From the NCBI RefSeq assembly GCF_018977255.1, contig NW_024704742.1, forward strand, positions 14,014,001 to 14,078,000: DNA of 64,000 bases, written 5' to 3'. Source of the DNA: Callorhinchus milii (taxonomy: Eukaryota). Positions 26,635 to 38,859 of this stretch are shown piece after piece. The number at the start of each line of letters is the position of its first letter. The stretch's first letter is position 1. The translations under genes and the position numbers were made by a program. The notes below the pieces were generated by a model. That model saw only the letters and a list, made by a program, of their open reading frames with translations, had not been told where the DNA came from and did not search any database.

Positions 26635-28337
26635 AATTTTCTTATTTTTCAGCTCCCTGTTCTCTGAAATACCATAATTTCTTTGAGACTTATTAGACAT
26701 GTAATGGTATCACAACTTTTGGGTCACCCTATACATAGGATGATATGACACAGAAGCAAACCATTTGACCCAACTAGTCCATTTTGGTGGTTATACTCCA
26801 CAGGAGCCTTCACCCTCTTTGTGCCCTTTCCTATCCTCTCCTCTCTCATATATGCATCAGGTTTCCTGTTAAATATGTTGATGTTTTTTGCTTTAACCAC
26901 AGCTTCTGGCATCCACAACTTGTGCTCACTCGGTGTTTACACATGTACATTTCTCAGTTAGGAAACACTGGGAACCTTGATATCAACAAGGAATGGAAAC
27001 CCTAATTGCTTCCGCTGCCCACTCCCCCCCCCAACCCGCCACCCACCCCCTGAACATTCCAAGTGCTGACCCAGAAGAGACCACATATGTAAGAGCTTAT
27101 TCGGTGAATTTTCCTTCAAATGTGTAATATTTCATGATGTTTTTATTTGAATGTTGTTAGATAATTAAGTATGTTGTCAATTTTACAGGATTTCTTAATG
27201 ACTTTCTTAATTTAAAAATGACATGACATTGACTAGTTACTCCTTTCGATACTTTTCTAATTAGCACCATCACCCACTTGTTTTTAAATGGAATTTCACT
27301 GGAGAATCAGTTACCACTGAAGACTGTTGAAGCAGATAATATATATGTGTTGATGAGGGAATTGGATCTTTGTCACAGAAATACAGCTCCCATCTATTTT
27401 CAAAGTACCTTTGAGTTACTTAGAATTATTGTGGGAAAAATGGCAGATTTCCTAATTATCACCCCTACCCCCTCAAGATAGATCCTTATGTCTCAGTGTC
27501 ACCTGTTTTGCTGCAAAAGATTAGATGCAGTTATGTACATCATTTGGTTTAGGGAGAATGGTGGAGGAATCTATTATTATCTGTTATTAACACATCGACT
27601 GGTTGCTTCATTCAGTAGTGTTCTAATTAGCACCATCGCTCCCATGGACTTAAATGGCATTTGACTGTAAAATCAGTCGGAGCAGACACACTGTAATAGA
27701 CAATATAACTATGTTTGTGAGGGAATCAGTGTTATTTCTGGAAGGAAAGACGTTAAAGGATAGAATGAGCAATCTGCGATGGGCAGGTTTGTTGACTCCA
27801 GCTATCTTTTCCAATCCTTAAAATATTCTCTGTTCTTGTATTCTGTAATGTATTTTTGTCCACTTTTTTCAGTTTAAAATTCCACCCTTTCTTTCCATGG
27901 GAAACTGGGTTACCACAATGCTTTTAGTTCCACCAATACATATTTTTGTAATGATGCTTTTTTTCCCAATGGATCACTGATGTGTGTTTGCAGTTGTGGC
28001 AATTTTAACACATTAAAACAGAGTCAGCAATTGGCATAGCTAGGTCAGAGTTATCATGCTGTCAGTCTTCTTTTACACTTTTATCTTTTGTTCGGCTGAT
28101 AACTGATTTCTTAGGCAAGTTTCAAGCCAAAGAAAATTGTCTCAAAAAAATCCTCCCACCTTCCGAAAAGGAAAAAATGAAGCAAGAAGAGGGAAGAAAG
28201 GATAGCTTTCAATTATCGAAAAGTTGGCAATAAAAGTTCAAGTAGGTAAAAAATAGTAAAATAAAAAGAACATAACAGCAACTTGTATTTATATAGTACC
28301 TTTGAGGAAGATAGCATCTCAGAATGCTAAAACAGTG

Positions 28338-28600
28338 AATAATAATCCTTGCATGTGGTATAGCATCTTATCACATCGTTGAAATGTCCCAAAGTGCTTC
28401 AAAGAATATGCACTAAAGCGAATTGACTGTATATTTTGCGAGTAAAAATTGCACAGTGGGCCACAAACAGTCATGGGTTGGATAAACAGAGGTGTGTGGA
28501 GTAAAGAAACTTGCCTAAAGTTGTACCCTGGTCAGAATCAAACCTGATTCCTCTCGCTTGAGAGACGAGTGTTCTAACGACTACGCTATAGGTCTCCACA
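28338..28600 (-). mobile_element. tRNA-Ala SINE, diverged and internally deleted
   Basis: Runs from the tail aataatccttgcat to the head ctacgctataggtctccac. Confidence 0.8.
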
Positions 28601-30534
28601 AAATAAACGAATAGGGAAGAGAATGTAGAACAAAACATTCACAAGTACAGGTAAATTATTAAAATATTTTATTTTTACTTTAAATTATCACCATTTTTGT
28701 GTTAGTGTTAATATTAATGTAACAAAATTGTTTCTGTAGTTTAGTAACTTAATTTGAAGCAAAATTAGCATTGAAGGTGTTGCGTTTCTATTTTAAGAGG
28801 TTCAGTATGACCCAGGAACCAAGAGAAACAGAGGCCCACTGTCCTTCTTTTATAACTCTTGTTCATTATTGAACATGCCTCTTACAATTATCTATTCTTA
28901 AACATGCCTGGTTTTTCTTTTATCCTTCAACATGTTCCCTTTGTATTTCTTTATTCTTTAATGGTTACCTTTTGCAATTCTTTATTTTTAAACAACTGTT
29001 TCTACTTATCTGTGCTACATCTACTGCTTACCTAAAGTAAATCATAGATTTTCTCCTCCTCGTGTTTGAAACCTTCCTGTAGGAGGTAAGGTAGCAGCTC
29101 CCAGGACAAACTGTTGGAACACACTGTCTCCCTTTCCTGCACTTTTCATTATTGCAAGGGGTAAGATAGTGGCACCCAGGGCAAGTTGTTGGCATGCACC
29201 ATCCTCCTCTCTGTGATTCTTTGTGCTGTCTCCTACATGTGTGCTTGCATACTCTTTCTAGCATACACAACTTCCAATGCCTGGGCATGCACATTTTTTT
29301 AACAGTTTCTAAAACTACACAAGACTACAATATGCTCTCACAGCAATGGAATAAGGGGAAAATAATAATAATAATCTTTGCATTTGCTGTAGCACCTTAT
29401 CACCTCATTGAGATGTCCAAAATGCTTCACAGCATATACGGTATAGTGGTGTGACGGTTTTTAATTTGTGGGTGAACATGACAGCCAATTTGCGCACAGC
29501 AGTGTCCCACAACCTAAATGTTTGTGGAACACTGTAACTAAGTTTGTGGACTAAGTAATCAATTTTATTGGAGATAGGGGGAGCGGTTTGGAGGGGTTGG
29601 GAGGTGGTTGGGGGGGTTGTTGGCTAAGACAGGATGAACTTCACTTTTTGATAACTGTCAAGTTCCAACAGAAAGTTGAATGGAGTCCTCCTGTTCCCAG
29701 TTACTAAGACAGAGATAAGACCCTGAAAGCACACAGAGAGAGACTCAGTTATATGTTCATCTCTCAGTGTGCTTCCAAGATGATCAGAAAAACAGTGAGG
29801 TTGAAGTTTGACTGGTTTATAACATCATCTGAATGCGGGTAAGAGATTGCTGATTTGCAATCATTCGCTTGTATCCACTTCTTTTTCTAATAATGTTTTG
29901 AACTTAGTACATTAACCGTTGCACTTTGGGGGGCAATGGTTGAGTGGCCTCACAGGTTCATTTACTATGTCCTCCATGTTTTATTAATATTATTATGACG
30001 TATATTTTATTGTATTATTAAGTTGCACATAAAAAAATTATTACATTTTAATTAAACACTGAATTGGACTTTGGTATCAACAAGAACTTTCATTTATATA
30101 GCATCCGTCACGGTGCTGAAGAACGGATAGAGGAGAGTGGAAAGGGGAAGGTGGCCAAAGATACGTTCGAAGAAGTCGGTTTTGAGGCAAGACTTAAAGA
30201 CAGATGGAGAGGGGAAAAGTACAGAAAGGTAGAGGAGCAAGAGTTCCAAAAGTTAGGGTTGTAGGATCTGAGTTTGATAAACGCTATCCTAACTGTTGAT
30301 TGAGTAGTAATTCCAAGTGAAAATAGTTTTATATTAAGAATTGACTCTCCTGATGCCTTTTTTTTGTCCTCCAAGTGTTTTCCCTTCCCTTTCTCCTGAA
30401 GGTACAGATTGTTGCTGTGGTTTTGGTTTTTGGTTCCGCTGATCCCAACTCTTCATGTACATGCCTGGAGAGTAAATGTCAGCAGGAAAATTAAACTTAC
30501 AAAGACACTGAATAATAATAATATTAATAGTAAT

Positions 30535-30715
30535 AATAATAATCCCGGAAAGCGATCCGCCAATCAACAAACAATCGTGTTCCTACTTCCTGCTAGGTAA
30601 GCAGAGGGATCTAAAGTAAGGAAACATGCCTAAAGTTTCGTCCTGCCCAGGAATTAAACCCTGTTCCTCTCACTTGCAAGGCAAGTGCTATAACCACTAC
30701 GCTACATGACTTCAC
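30535..30715 (-). mobile_element. tRNA-Ala SINE 5' half (long-body variant)
   Basis: aatcccggaaagcgatccgccaat...gtaaggaaac...taaccactacgctac. Confidence 0.8.
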
Positions 30716-30849
30716 AAGCTGCTTTTTAAATGAGACCTGTGTCCTGGCCTCAACCAGCCTTCCAGGCAACTTATACCAGTCATCAATTACCCTTTGGATA
30801 AAGAAAAACTTCCTGGAATCTGTCCTGAAATTACTCTTTACAACTAGGC

Positions 30850-31270
30850 CTATGTCCTAGCAATGTTTCAGTGCTCCACGACACTATTTTTGTTGATCAG
30901 CCGGGTGTCTTGACGAGTGCAGAAACCGATCACTGTGCTTAAGAGTATCCAAACAAAACTGAGAATTCCATGCATCCCACCAACACATAAAAATTCAGAG
31001 ATGCATTGTTGGAATGGAATGCGCTCTCTCTCCCTGGAGGAACGCCTCCTGCTTACCTAATACCAGAAAGTATTAGGTGCAGGTTCGCAAGAGCCAAGGG
31101 TTGGACACCCCAGAGTGAGCGTTAGGGTACTGCTGGATTCTAACCAGCTAAAACCACTTAGCCTGCCATTGATATCACTGTCTGGAAAACTTTCCCACTG
31201 CTTGTCCAGCTACGATCATCCTTCCAGTTAGTGCTTTGGGTTACAGGAGCTGAGTGGACAATACTGTTCT
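30850..31270 (-). mobile_element. Family X copy
   Basis: aactgagaattccatgcat, gttggaatggaat, cctgcttacctaat, gccattgatatcactgtctgg and ctaaccagctaaaacc are reverse complements of 5540-5850. Confidence 0.8.
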
Positions 31271-34200
31271 GCTTTAAAGCCGCTACATAAAAGCAAGTTA
31301 TTGTTGTTGTTTTGTTGTTGCTGTAGTGCATCCTAAAGTATTGTTCTATTTAACATGTTATAGGTGCGTATGAGATCCACTTTAAGTCATCTCTCAAGAC
31401 GCAAGAGTCCTAGCTTGTCTAATTGTTGCTCATAGCAAATTCTTCTCACTGAGGATCATCCTTGTTGATGTCCCTACAGAATGCAAAATATTTGTGATTC
31501 CCAAACTGGAGGAACATGACTTTGAGTAGCATTACACTTTTGCAGCTGTTCTTCTGTTTGCCTTTGACATTTATGGTCAGGCTCTGCATCATTTGCAAAA
31601 AACCAGGAAGCAGAACTTGACCTTAAAAGTTTATGTGGATTGTAAAGTCCTGTGAGCATTCCTGGTATTAACTGAGAAAGCCAAATTTATATATGAAAGG
31701 AAAGCAGGTATGATTTAAAACTATACTTATTTTCTTATGAAAATTTGACCTTTTTTGCTTGGCAAATGCTGAACTTTGTTGCCAAGTGCAGATTTACTGT
31801 CGAGCACCTTGGGACGTCCTCCCAACGTGAAAGAGCAAAATAAATGTAATTTGCTGTTGTTCTCATTTTATTCTAATCAGTTATGACAAAATGCACAACA
31901 AATTATTTTTATAATGCATTTGAACTGCTTTCCCTCTCCCAATAGCAGAATTGGTACAAACATTGCCCAAGCTAGAACAGAACAACAACAACAACTACAA
32001 TTTGCATTTATATAGCGCCCTCCAGAAGGATAGTGTCTCAGAGCGTTTAACAGTGGCGGAGCCTGACTCCAAGCCGGGCGAAGAACAATCCGTACAATGA
32101 CATTTACAGATGAAATCCTCAGCCTCTGCTCAGTTAGCTGGTTATCTTTAAATGTTGCACAATTGGTCTCAACATCCCTGGTTTATGGAGAGGAGAAATA
32201 CCCTATTTCCATTTTTTTAGTGGATTCCTACGTGTGGATATTGGGTGAGGACAGAATCAGGTTTGATTGTGATATTTCCATAGCCATGAAACCTGCCAAC
32301 ATTCAATGGCATCAAAAGCCATTGAAAGAGCCCTTAAATAACACAATACTTGGGGGGGGGCATAAAATCTCAACCACTTTTATAATGGGGTTCAATTAGT
32401 GTGTCCGTATCAAATGTCACAGTTTACTTGACCATTCATGAATGCATGGAAAAAAAACGGTTAGCTTCCCATACTAAAAATAATCATGTTCTGGGTCATT
32501 AGACTACCATTAATGTTATGTCTTGTGCACTGCTCATGTGCAACACATTTGGCTCAATGATGGCAGTGGTGACATGACGCATAAGTCAGCCAATTTTTAG
32601 CGCATGAGAAAGCATTTGTGGGTTCACAGGGGCCCCCTCTTACAAGCAAAGCTGCAATATAACAAAGCATGTTATAACAGAGCTTTTCTGCATTCACAAT
32701 TCAGATTTGTTCCATTAAAAGCGTGACTTCTGGTTTGCGAATAACGCAGTACCCTGAGACTGAATCATTTATGAAGCAGTGATTAAGCCCTCAATCATTT
32801 GTGATGATCACAGTATTGATCAGCAGTAGGTACAGTAAACAAATATCAGTAAATCAAGCTTTGAAACACCAAGTTGTCCGGTATAATGTACAAGGTTTAA
32901 TTTTTCTAAATTGCTACCTGAACATTTGAGTTAGTGAAATCAGTCACAGGCAATTAATTTCATTGTCTTCTAAACTCCAGTCCCTCTTGCTCCAAATGCC
33001 AAATGGTCCTTTGTTGCACTTTGGAAGATAATAATAGAAATTTATAGCAATAGTATTCCAGTTAGGAAATAAATTGTGTCCTGACTCAGCCATTCTGATA
33101 AAAATGGGCTTACTTTTAAATACGTTATGGAGACACAAACTATGCCAAATAATTAAGAGGTCACTACACCCATTAACTTGAATAGATTTATTTGGGAACA
33201 GAAGGTCATTGAATATGGAGCCCCCTCTCCAATTTTGATCAAATTATCCCTCACCTACATGGCAACAGGCCAGCACAATACAGACTTTCAACAGCGCCAC
33301 AATGTACACGTGGTGTCAGTATTCCCTCCCTCACTTCCTCTCACCCTTTATCTGCTCTCTTGAGACAAAGTGCTTAATGTCCGCAAGGTAATCCATCTTG
33401 CAGTTGGCCAAAGAACTGACGAAACTCATCACAATTTAGATGATGTGATTCTGACTTCCAGACTGGCAGGGAATGCAAATCTGTCACTTCTAGATGGTTG
33501 CTTACTGCTGGGCTATACTAATGTTTTCTGCTCACTTCCTGTCAGGGCAAGAGCGTAGTTTATTAATTTGTATTTGGAATTTAGAACTTTTAACACAATA
33601 GGTGTTTTTCTGTTTTACTATCGTGATCCCTTCTGTGTTAAGCCCACATGGTTACCACCATTGCCCCTCCTTCCCCCTTTAGTCAGGGAATGAATGGCCT
33701 AGACTTTGCTTAGCTTTCATTAATGCTCATAGAAATTGGCTGCCTTTTGCATTAATGGTCCTGACTGCCAGAGTGTGAAATTCACCCCCCACCCAGAGGG
33801 AATGAATCTGAGTGACAGTTTAGAGTGGGATGTGAATTCCAGTATTTCATATTAGGCTCTAGCATTGCTCCAAGCAAGAGGTAGTTTCTTAAAATGGATC
33901 ATTATGATAAGGATATACATAGAGTAACAGAGCTCTCACTGCGTTCATAAATCTAACTGATCAAAAAGCTCATGATGAGTGATGTCCTCCCACAATTATA
34001 TTATTCTTGTAATTTTTAAAAAAATATTTCTGGAATCAAGTTTTGAGTGACAATTTTCTAACTTTGTTTCAAGCAATAATTCCCTGTCCAGAGAAAACAA
34101 GGTACCCTTAGATTGATGACATTAAATTGTTAAATGAACACTTATTGCACTATGCTCAATGTATATCTCACTTGAGTAATGCTGAAATTGTAGCACTTCT

Positions 34201-35495
34201 ATTCAGCAGCTTGCTGCACAGTTTCATTTTAATTAACAGTTCAGCTTCTACATTGACTTCTTTGTCAAATATTTAGTATGAGAGCTGTGCTCAACAGTCC
34301 ATTAAAAGAGGTATCCAAATGCCAGATATTATTGAGGTAGATTTACTACAATTCTGTGAAGCGCTTTGAGACGTATAGAAGATGTGAAAAGCGCTATATC
34401 AAATATAAGAATTATTATTATTATTACAAAAATTGATACATCAGAATCTTTCAGTTCAGTGGACTGATGGCGCTTAGTTCTAAATGGGTTTGATTTATAT
34501 GTGAAAAGTGGATATATATACATTTATAACATTATTCCTCAAATTTCACCTGATAATATTTTATAATAATAAAAATAATAATTGTTGTGGGGAAAGAACA
34601 ATATGTAGGTGAGAGGACAGGGACAATTTGTTGAAAGAGATTTGTCAAGGGTTTCTATAGACAGTAGATTTCATCAGCAACAATTAGAATTTATATAGTG
34701 CCCTTCACGCGGGGTATCATCTTGGAGCATGTTCTTTTCACAATATAAACTTTGTGTGCATTCAAGAGAATTGCAAAGGTGTATGAATTCTGGAGACAAG
34801 ATTACTGTACTTTCTCTCTTCAAATTTCTCCTGCCCCATTCATCTCCCAAAGGCAGGACTCATTATTGAGATGCTGTTCCGCACCCTCTGGTACCTTGCC
34901 CCAATGTCCATTCTTAATTTATAAACCTTGTCAAGGACTGCCAGTAAATTATTCAACAGCTGCTCAGCCCGATCCCATCCTTATTTGACATTTATACAAT
35001 GGTTTTCTCCAGCAGTTTTTGCTGTATCGTGATCAGAGAGGCCTGAAATTTTTCATGGTTTTAACATTCATAATAATAATACGCCTTGCATTTAATATAG
35101 CCCATTATCACATCTTTGAGATGCCTCAAAGCGCTTCTCAGAATATACTGTAACGTGAATTGGATGAAACGTTAAAACTTTATTTAAGTTGTTACAAATT
35201 TCTGGAAACCTTTTACCTTCAATCAGATTTCTTAATACCAATAAGCTGTTTTTCCACATTTTCTTTTAACTGAAAGAGCGATTTTCAGAATTTTCCAAAA
35301 TTGTGGGAGATCTTAATTTTTAAGACAGTGGTTAAGGCTAAGATCACTAGAAACTTTGGGCCTCATACTGCTCTGGGACAGTACTGAACAGATACCATAT
35401 GGAAAAGAAGGGCTAGGAATATCAGGTGAAGGGTTATCTGCCATCTGCTCTGGTGCCTTGGCATACCAGCTGTCTCAATGAAGACTGGAGAGCTA

Positions 35496-35610
35496 TCCAG
35501 CCTGCCAGTCAGCCAGCCATCCAACCTTGTCAATCAGCCAGGTGTCCAGCCTGCCAGTCAGCCAGCCATCAAGCCTGTCAGTCACCCAGCAGTTCAGCTT
35601 CTCGGTCATC
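35496..35610. repeat. Degenerate (CAGC)-based minisatellite, period about 49
   Basis: tccagcctgccagtcagccagccatc is identical at 35496 and 35545. Confidence 0.8.
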
Positions 35611-37446
35611 CAGCCTGTTGTTTAGCTAGCGATGCAAACAAGCTAGCCACAAGCAACACAGAAACTCATCATCTCACTTTCCTCACTGCCAGTTCCGACA
35701 GTTGCTCCTCTGTTGCTATTGTTTAATTCAGGTCTTTCTATAAACAATCCATCTTCTCAGCTTTGGGCTACTCTATGGTTATTCCTGAGCCGTACCATGT
35801 GATTTACTTCCCCGATATTCTTTGGCTAAATCACATGTTTCTCAATACCTTAGGGATTATCCTTTGTTGAAATCTACCACCCTTCTTGGACAGGACAGGA
35901 TATATCCAAAACATACAATCCCTATTCATGTGCCTTTACTATATCACCAAAGCGATACATTCAACAGCCAATGCAAATAATGGAGATTGCCTCGGTACAT
36001 TTTAATCAATCGCACCCAGTTTATTTTAAGCTGAAAATGTGTTGACTGCTTTATCACAGTCCATCACACAGTGACCTGCTCATTATTCTTCCTTTTAGTG
36101 TTCTGGTCCTCCCTGCCATTACCTGCCATCCTAATAGTTTTTACCTCCTTGTGCTTGCACAGCTTTCATTGGATTTCAACTCTCCATTCCCCTTCAATCT
36201 TAGCGCACCAGCACACTGGCTGGAATAACCAAACCTAAAAGTAGCCTATTGATTTTGGCTCATGTTTGAGATCTTTGGTAATTGCTGCAGTGACACTGTC
36301 TGCAAATTAACTTGACTCATTACCCAACAGATTTCCTGACGATTGTCAAACGATTAGACAAGAGTGATTAGCAGCGTCAATTAAGGAGAATAAAGTATCA
36401 GTGTAATTGAACGCCGGAGGTGCTTAATAGCATTGCTGCACTGTTAATGGATTATATTATGTATTTGAAAGTCCAGAGAATGACACAGAAATCAATATAT
36501 TCCACCAATTTGGATCACTTAAGGCTTTTATCAAAATTTGATCTTGGTTTGCACTATGTAGAATATTTCCATTTGCCTGATGATAATGATGTACATTTCA
36601 AATGCAAAGATGGAGGTGTAAAAAATCATAATGTATGTTAATTTTTATATACCATTTAAGACAATGGTCATAAATTACAATGTATGAAAAGCCATAGCAT
36701 TTCAGCTTCATAGGAAATTCCTATGAAATGCTTTAAACGATTGTAGATCACTGTTATGTTTGTCATTGGTGATGAATGTTTCATTTCTTGTTCCACAAAA
36801 AGAGCTAAAATTCTCACAGTATACGTACATATACGTACGTACGTACGCTGTATTTGTTTTCAATGCTGCTACTGAGACAGTGGCTTATGTTACCAGCTGA
36901 CCCCCTGGCATGTACATAGCATTCAATAATGTTAGAATCCAATGAATACATTTTGATCTTATTAATGGAATGTTGTACTGTAACCACAATGTTACCTTTT
37001 CGGTGACTAATGGCTTGAAAGAAATGGCAACTTTTGATGTAGAGATTCAGCCTTCATTAGCTTCTGAAGTGCTCCATAATTTGCAACAGCAGAAACCTTG
37101 TTCACATATCCTTTGTACTTGAAGTTCTTACAAATACGTTTTCTTTTGTTGCAATAGAGCCTTTGATTAATTTAGTTTATATTTACAATTTTTTAAACAA
37201 GTTGGTTGTGGATTTCATCAGTTACACACAGATGCATACATTGTCTCAATCTTTCCCTCCTGCTCTCTTTAATTATCAAATCTCAATTTCAGTATTGCTT
37301 CCTTGCACAAGCAATTCAGTAATACCTATTTACCATAGTACAGTTAGGTGCCAAAACTGGCCTGTTTCTCTTATACACAGCTTATTTAAAACATCACAAA
37401 ACGATTCTCTGATAACACCGGGGTGAGAGTTTTACTTATGAGGAAA

Positions 37447-37490
37447 GACTGAGAGAGGAAGAGAGAGAGAGAGAGAGAGAGGAGAGAGGT
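37447..37490. repeat. (GA)n microsatellite
   Basis: Read directly from the sequence. Confidence 0.9.
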
Positions 37491-38047
37491 GAAAGGCATA
37501 CATAGGTATAAAGGGAACTGTAGGTTTTCTGTTGGCTTAGGCAAACCTATTTAGCCAAAGTTATTTGCAGTGTCAAGTGCTTTGAGAATTGAAAGGCACC
37601 CATATAAATGTAAATTGTATTATTTGGTTTTGGAAATGGTACTATGTGTATTTATGTTCATTTTATGAATAAAAAGCCACTTTAATTTAAACTTGTTGAC
37701 AGAAATTGGTCTTTTGGGGGAACGACCAGGATCGCAGACTCAAAGAAAAGCTTTGATTATGTTAATAGGGAGAAATTATTTCCGCTGGCCAGTAAGTCAT
37801 TAACTAGAGAACATAAATTTAAGCTAATTTCCAATTGAACAAAAGGAAAGGTTGGAATTATTTTTTAAACAGAGGGACTCATGCAGAAAGATGATTCAGG
37901 GATAAAATCCATATTGACTTCAAATTAGATTTAAAAAATCCAAAAAGAAAAAATATTATAAAGGAGTATGCAAAAAGGCAGGAGAATTCATAGCTCTTTC
38001 AGAGAGTCTGACAGGCCTGTATCGCTACCGTAATTTATTTATGTTTC

Positions 38048-38356
38048 TAATAATAATAATAATCCTTGCATTTGATATAGCGCTTTTCACGTCGGGAGGA
38101 CGTCCCAAAGCGCTTCACAGAACACACTGTAAAGTGAATTGTGGGCGAACGCGGCAGCCAAATACGCACAGTAATCTCCCACAAACAGTCATGGATTGAA
38201 AATGACCAATTTATTATTGTTTTGTTTTTTGGAAGGTTTATTATTAGGCGTGTGGAGTAAGGAAAGTTGCCCAAGGTTTCGCCCTCTGCCTGGAATTGAA
38301 CCCAGGTCTCTCACTTGCAAAACGAGTGCTCTAACCACTCAGCTACAGGACTCCAC
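38048..38356 (-). mobile_element. tRNA-Ala SINE, young, full length
   Basis: (TAA)n...ccactcagctacaggactccac. Confidence 0.95.
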
Positions 38357-38565
38357 AAATTCTATTTTCCTTGTAACACCAATGCAGGTAGTGTTTGTAC
38401 AAAACATAAACTGTTACACTTTATTTCAATCTTCCTAATATTGAAAGCGAGCTGTCAAAATCCAATACCAAACTTTTAATTTACATTACTTAAATTGAGG
38501 TGGTTACCAATCCAAATCTTTATTTAAGACAATTATTGGATAACAGAGATAGCTTAGGAACAAAC

Positions 38566-38845
38566 CTGTAGCTCAGTGGTTCGAGCACTCGCCTCACAAG
38601 CGAGAGGCCTGGGTTCAATTCCCGGCAAGGTGAAACCTTAGGCAAGTTTCCTTACTCCACACGCCTGATAATAATCAAGAAAAAAAACAACAATAATTTG
38701 GTCACTGTTTGTGGGACACTGCTGTGTGCAATTGGCTGCCGGGTTTTGCGCACACATATACAGTTTATTCACTTTTTAATATATTCTGTGAAGCACTTTG
38801 AGACGTGAAAAGTGCTATATTAAATGCAAGGATAGTTATTATAAT
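38566..38845 (+). mobile_element. tRNA-Ala SINE
   Basis: cctgtagctcagtggttcgagcac...ggttcaattccc...aaatgcaaggatagttattat. Confidence 0.9.
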
Positions 38846-38859
38846 AACCTTCAAAGGCT

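Larger units (their letters stand above)
24720..26731 (-). mobile_element. Tc1/mariner DNA transposon, internally deleted, with nested insertions
   Basis: 29-bp TIRs cagggcgaccaaaaagttgtgataccatt (24720-24748) and aatggtatcacaacttttgggtcacccta (26703-26731), 26/29 complementary. TA flanks both ends and a transposase remnant lies inside. Confidence 0.92.

Noticed and set aside
35496..35610. CRISPR-like repeat-spacer pattern
   Set aside because: Only two exact units, the spacers are themselves degenerate (CAGC)n, the context is eukaryotic and no cas genes are present.
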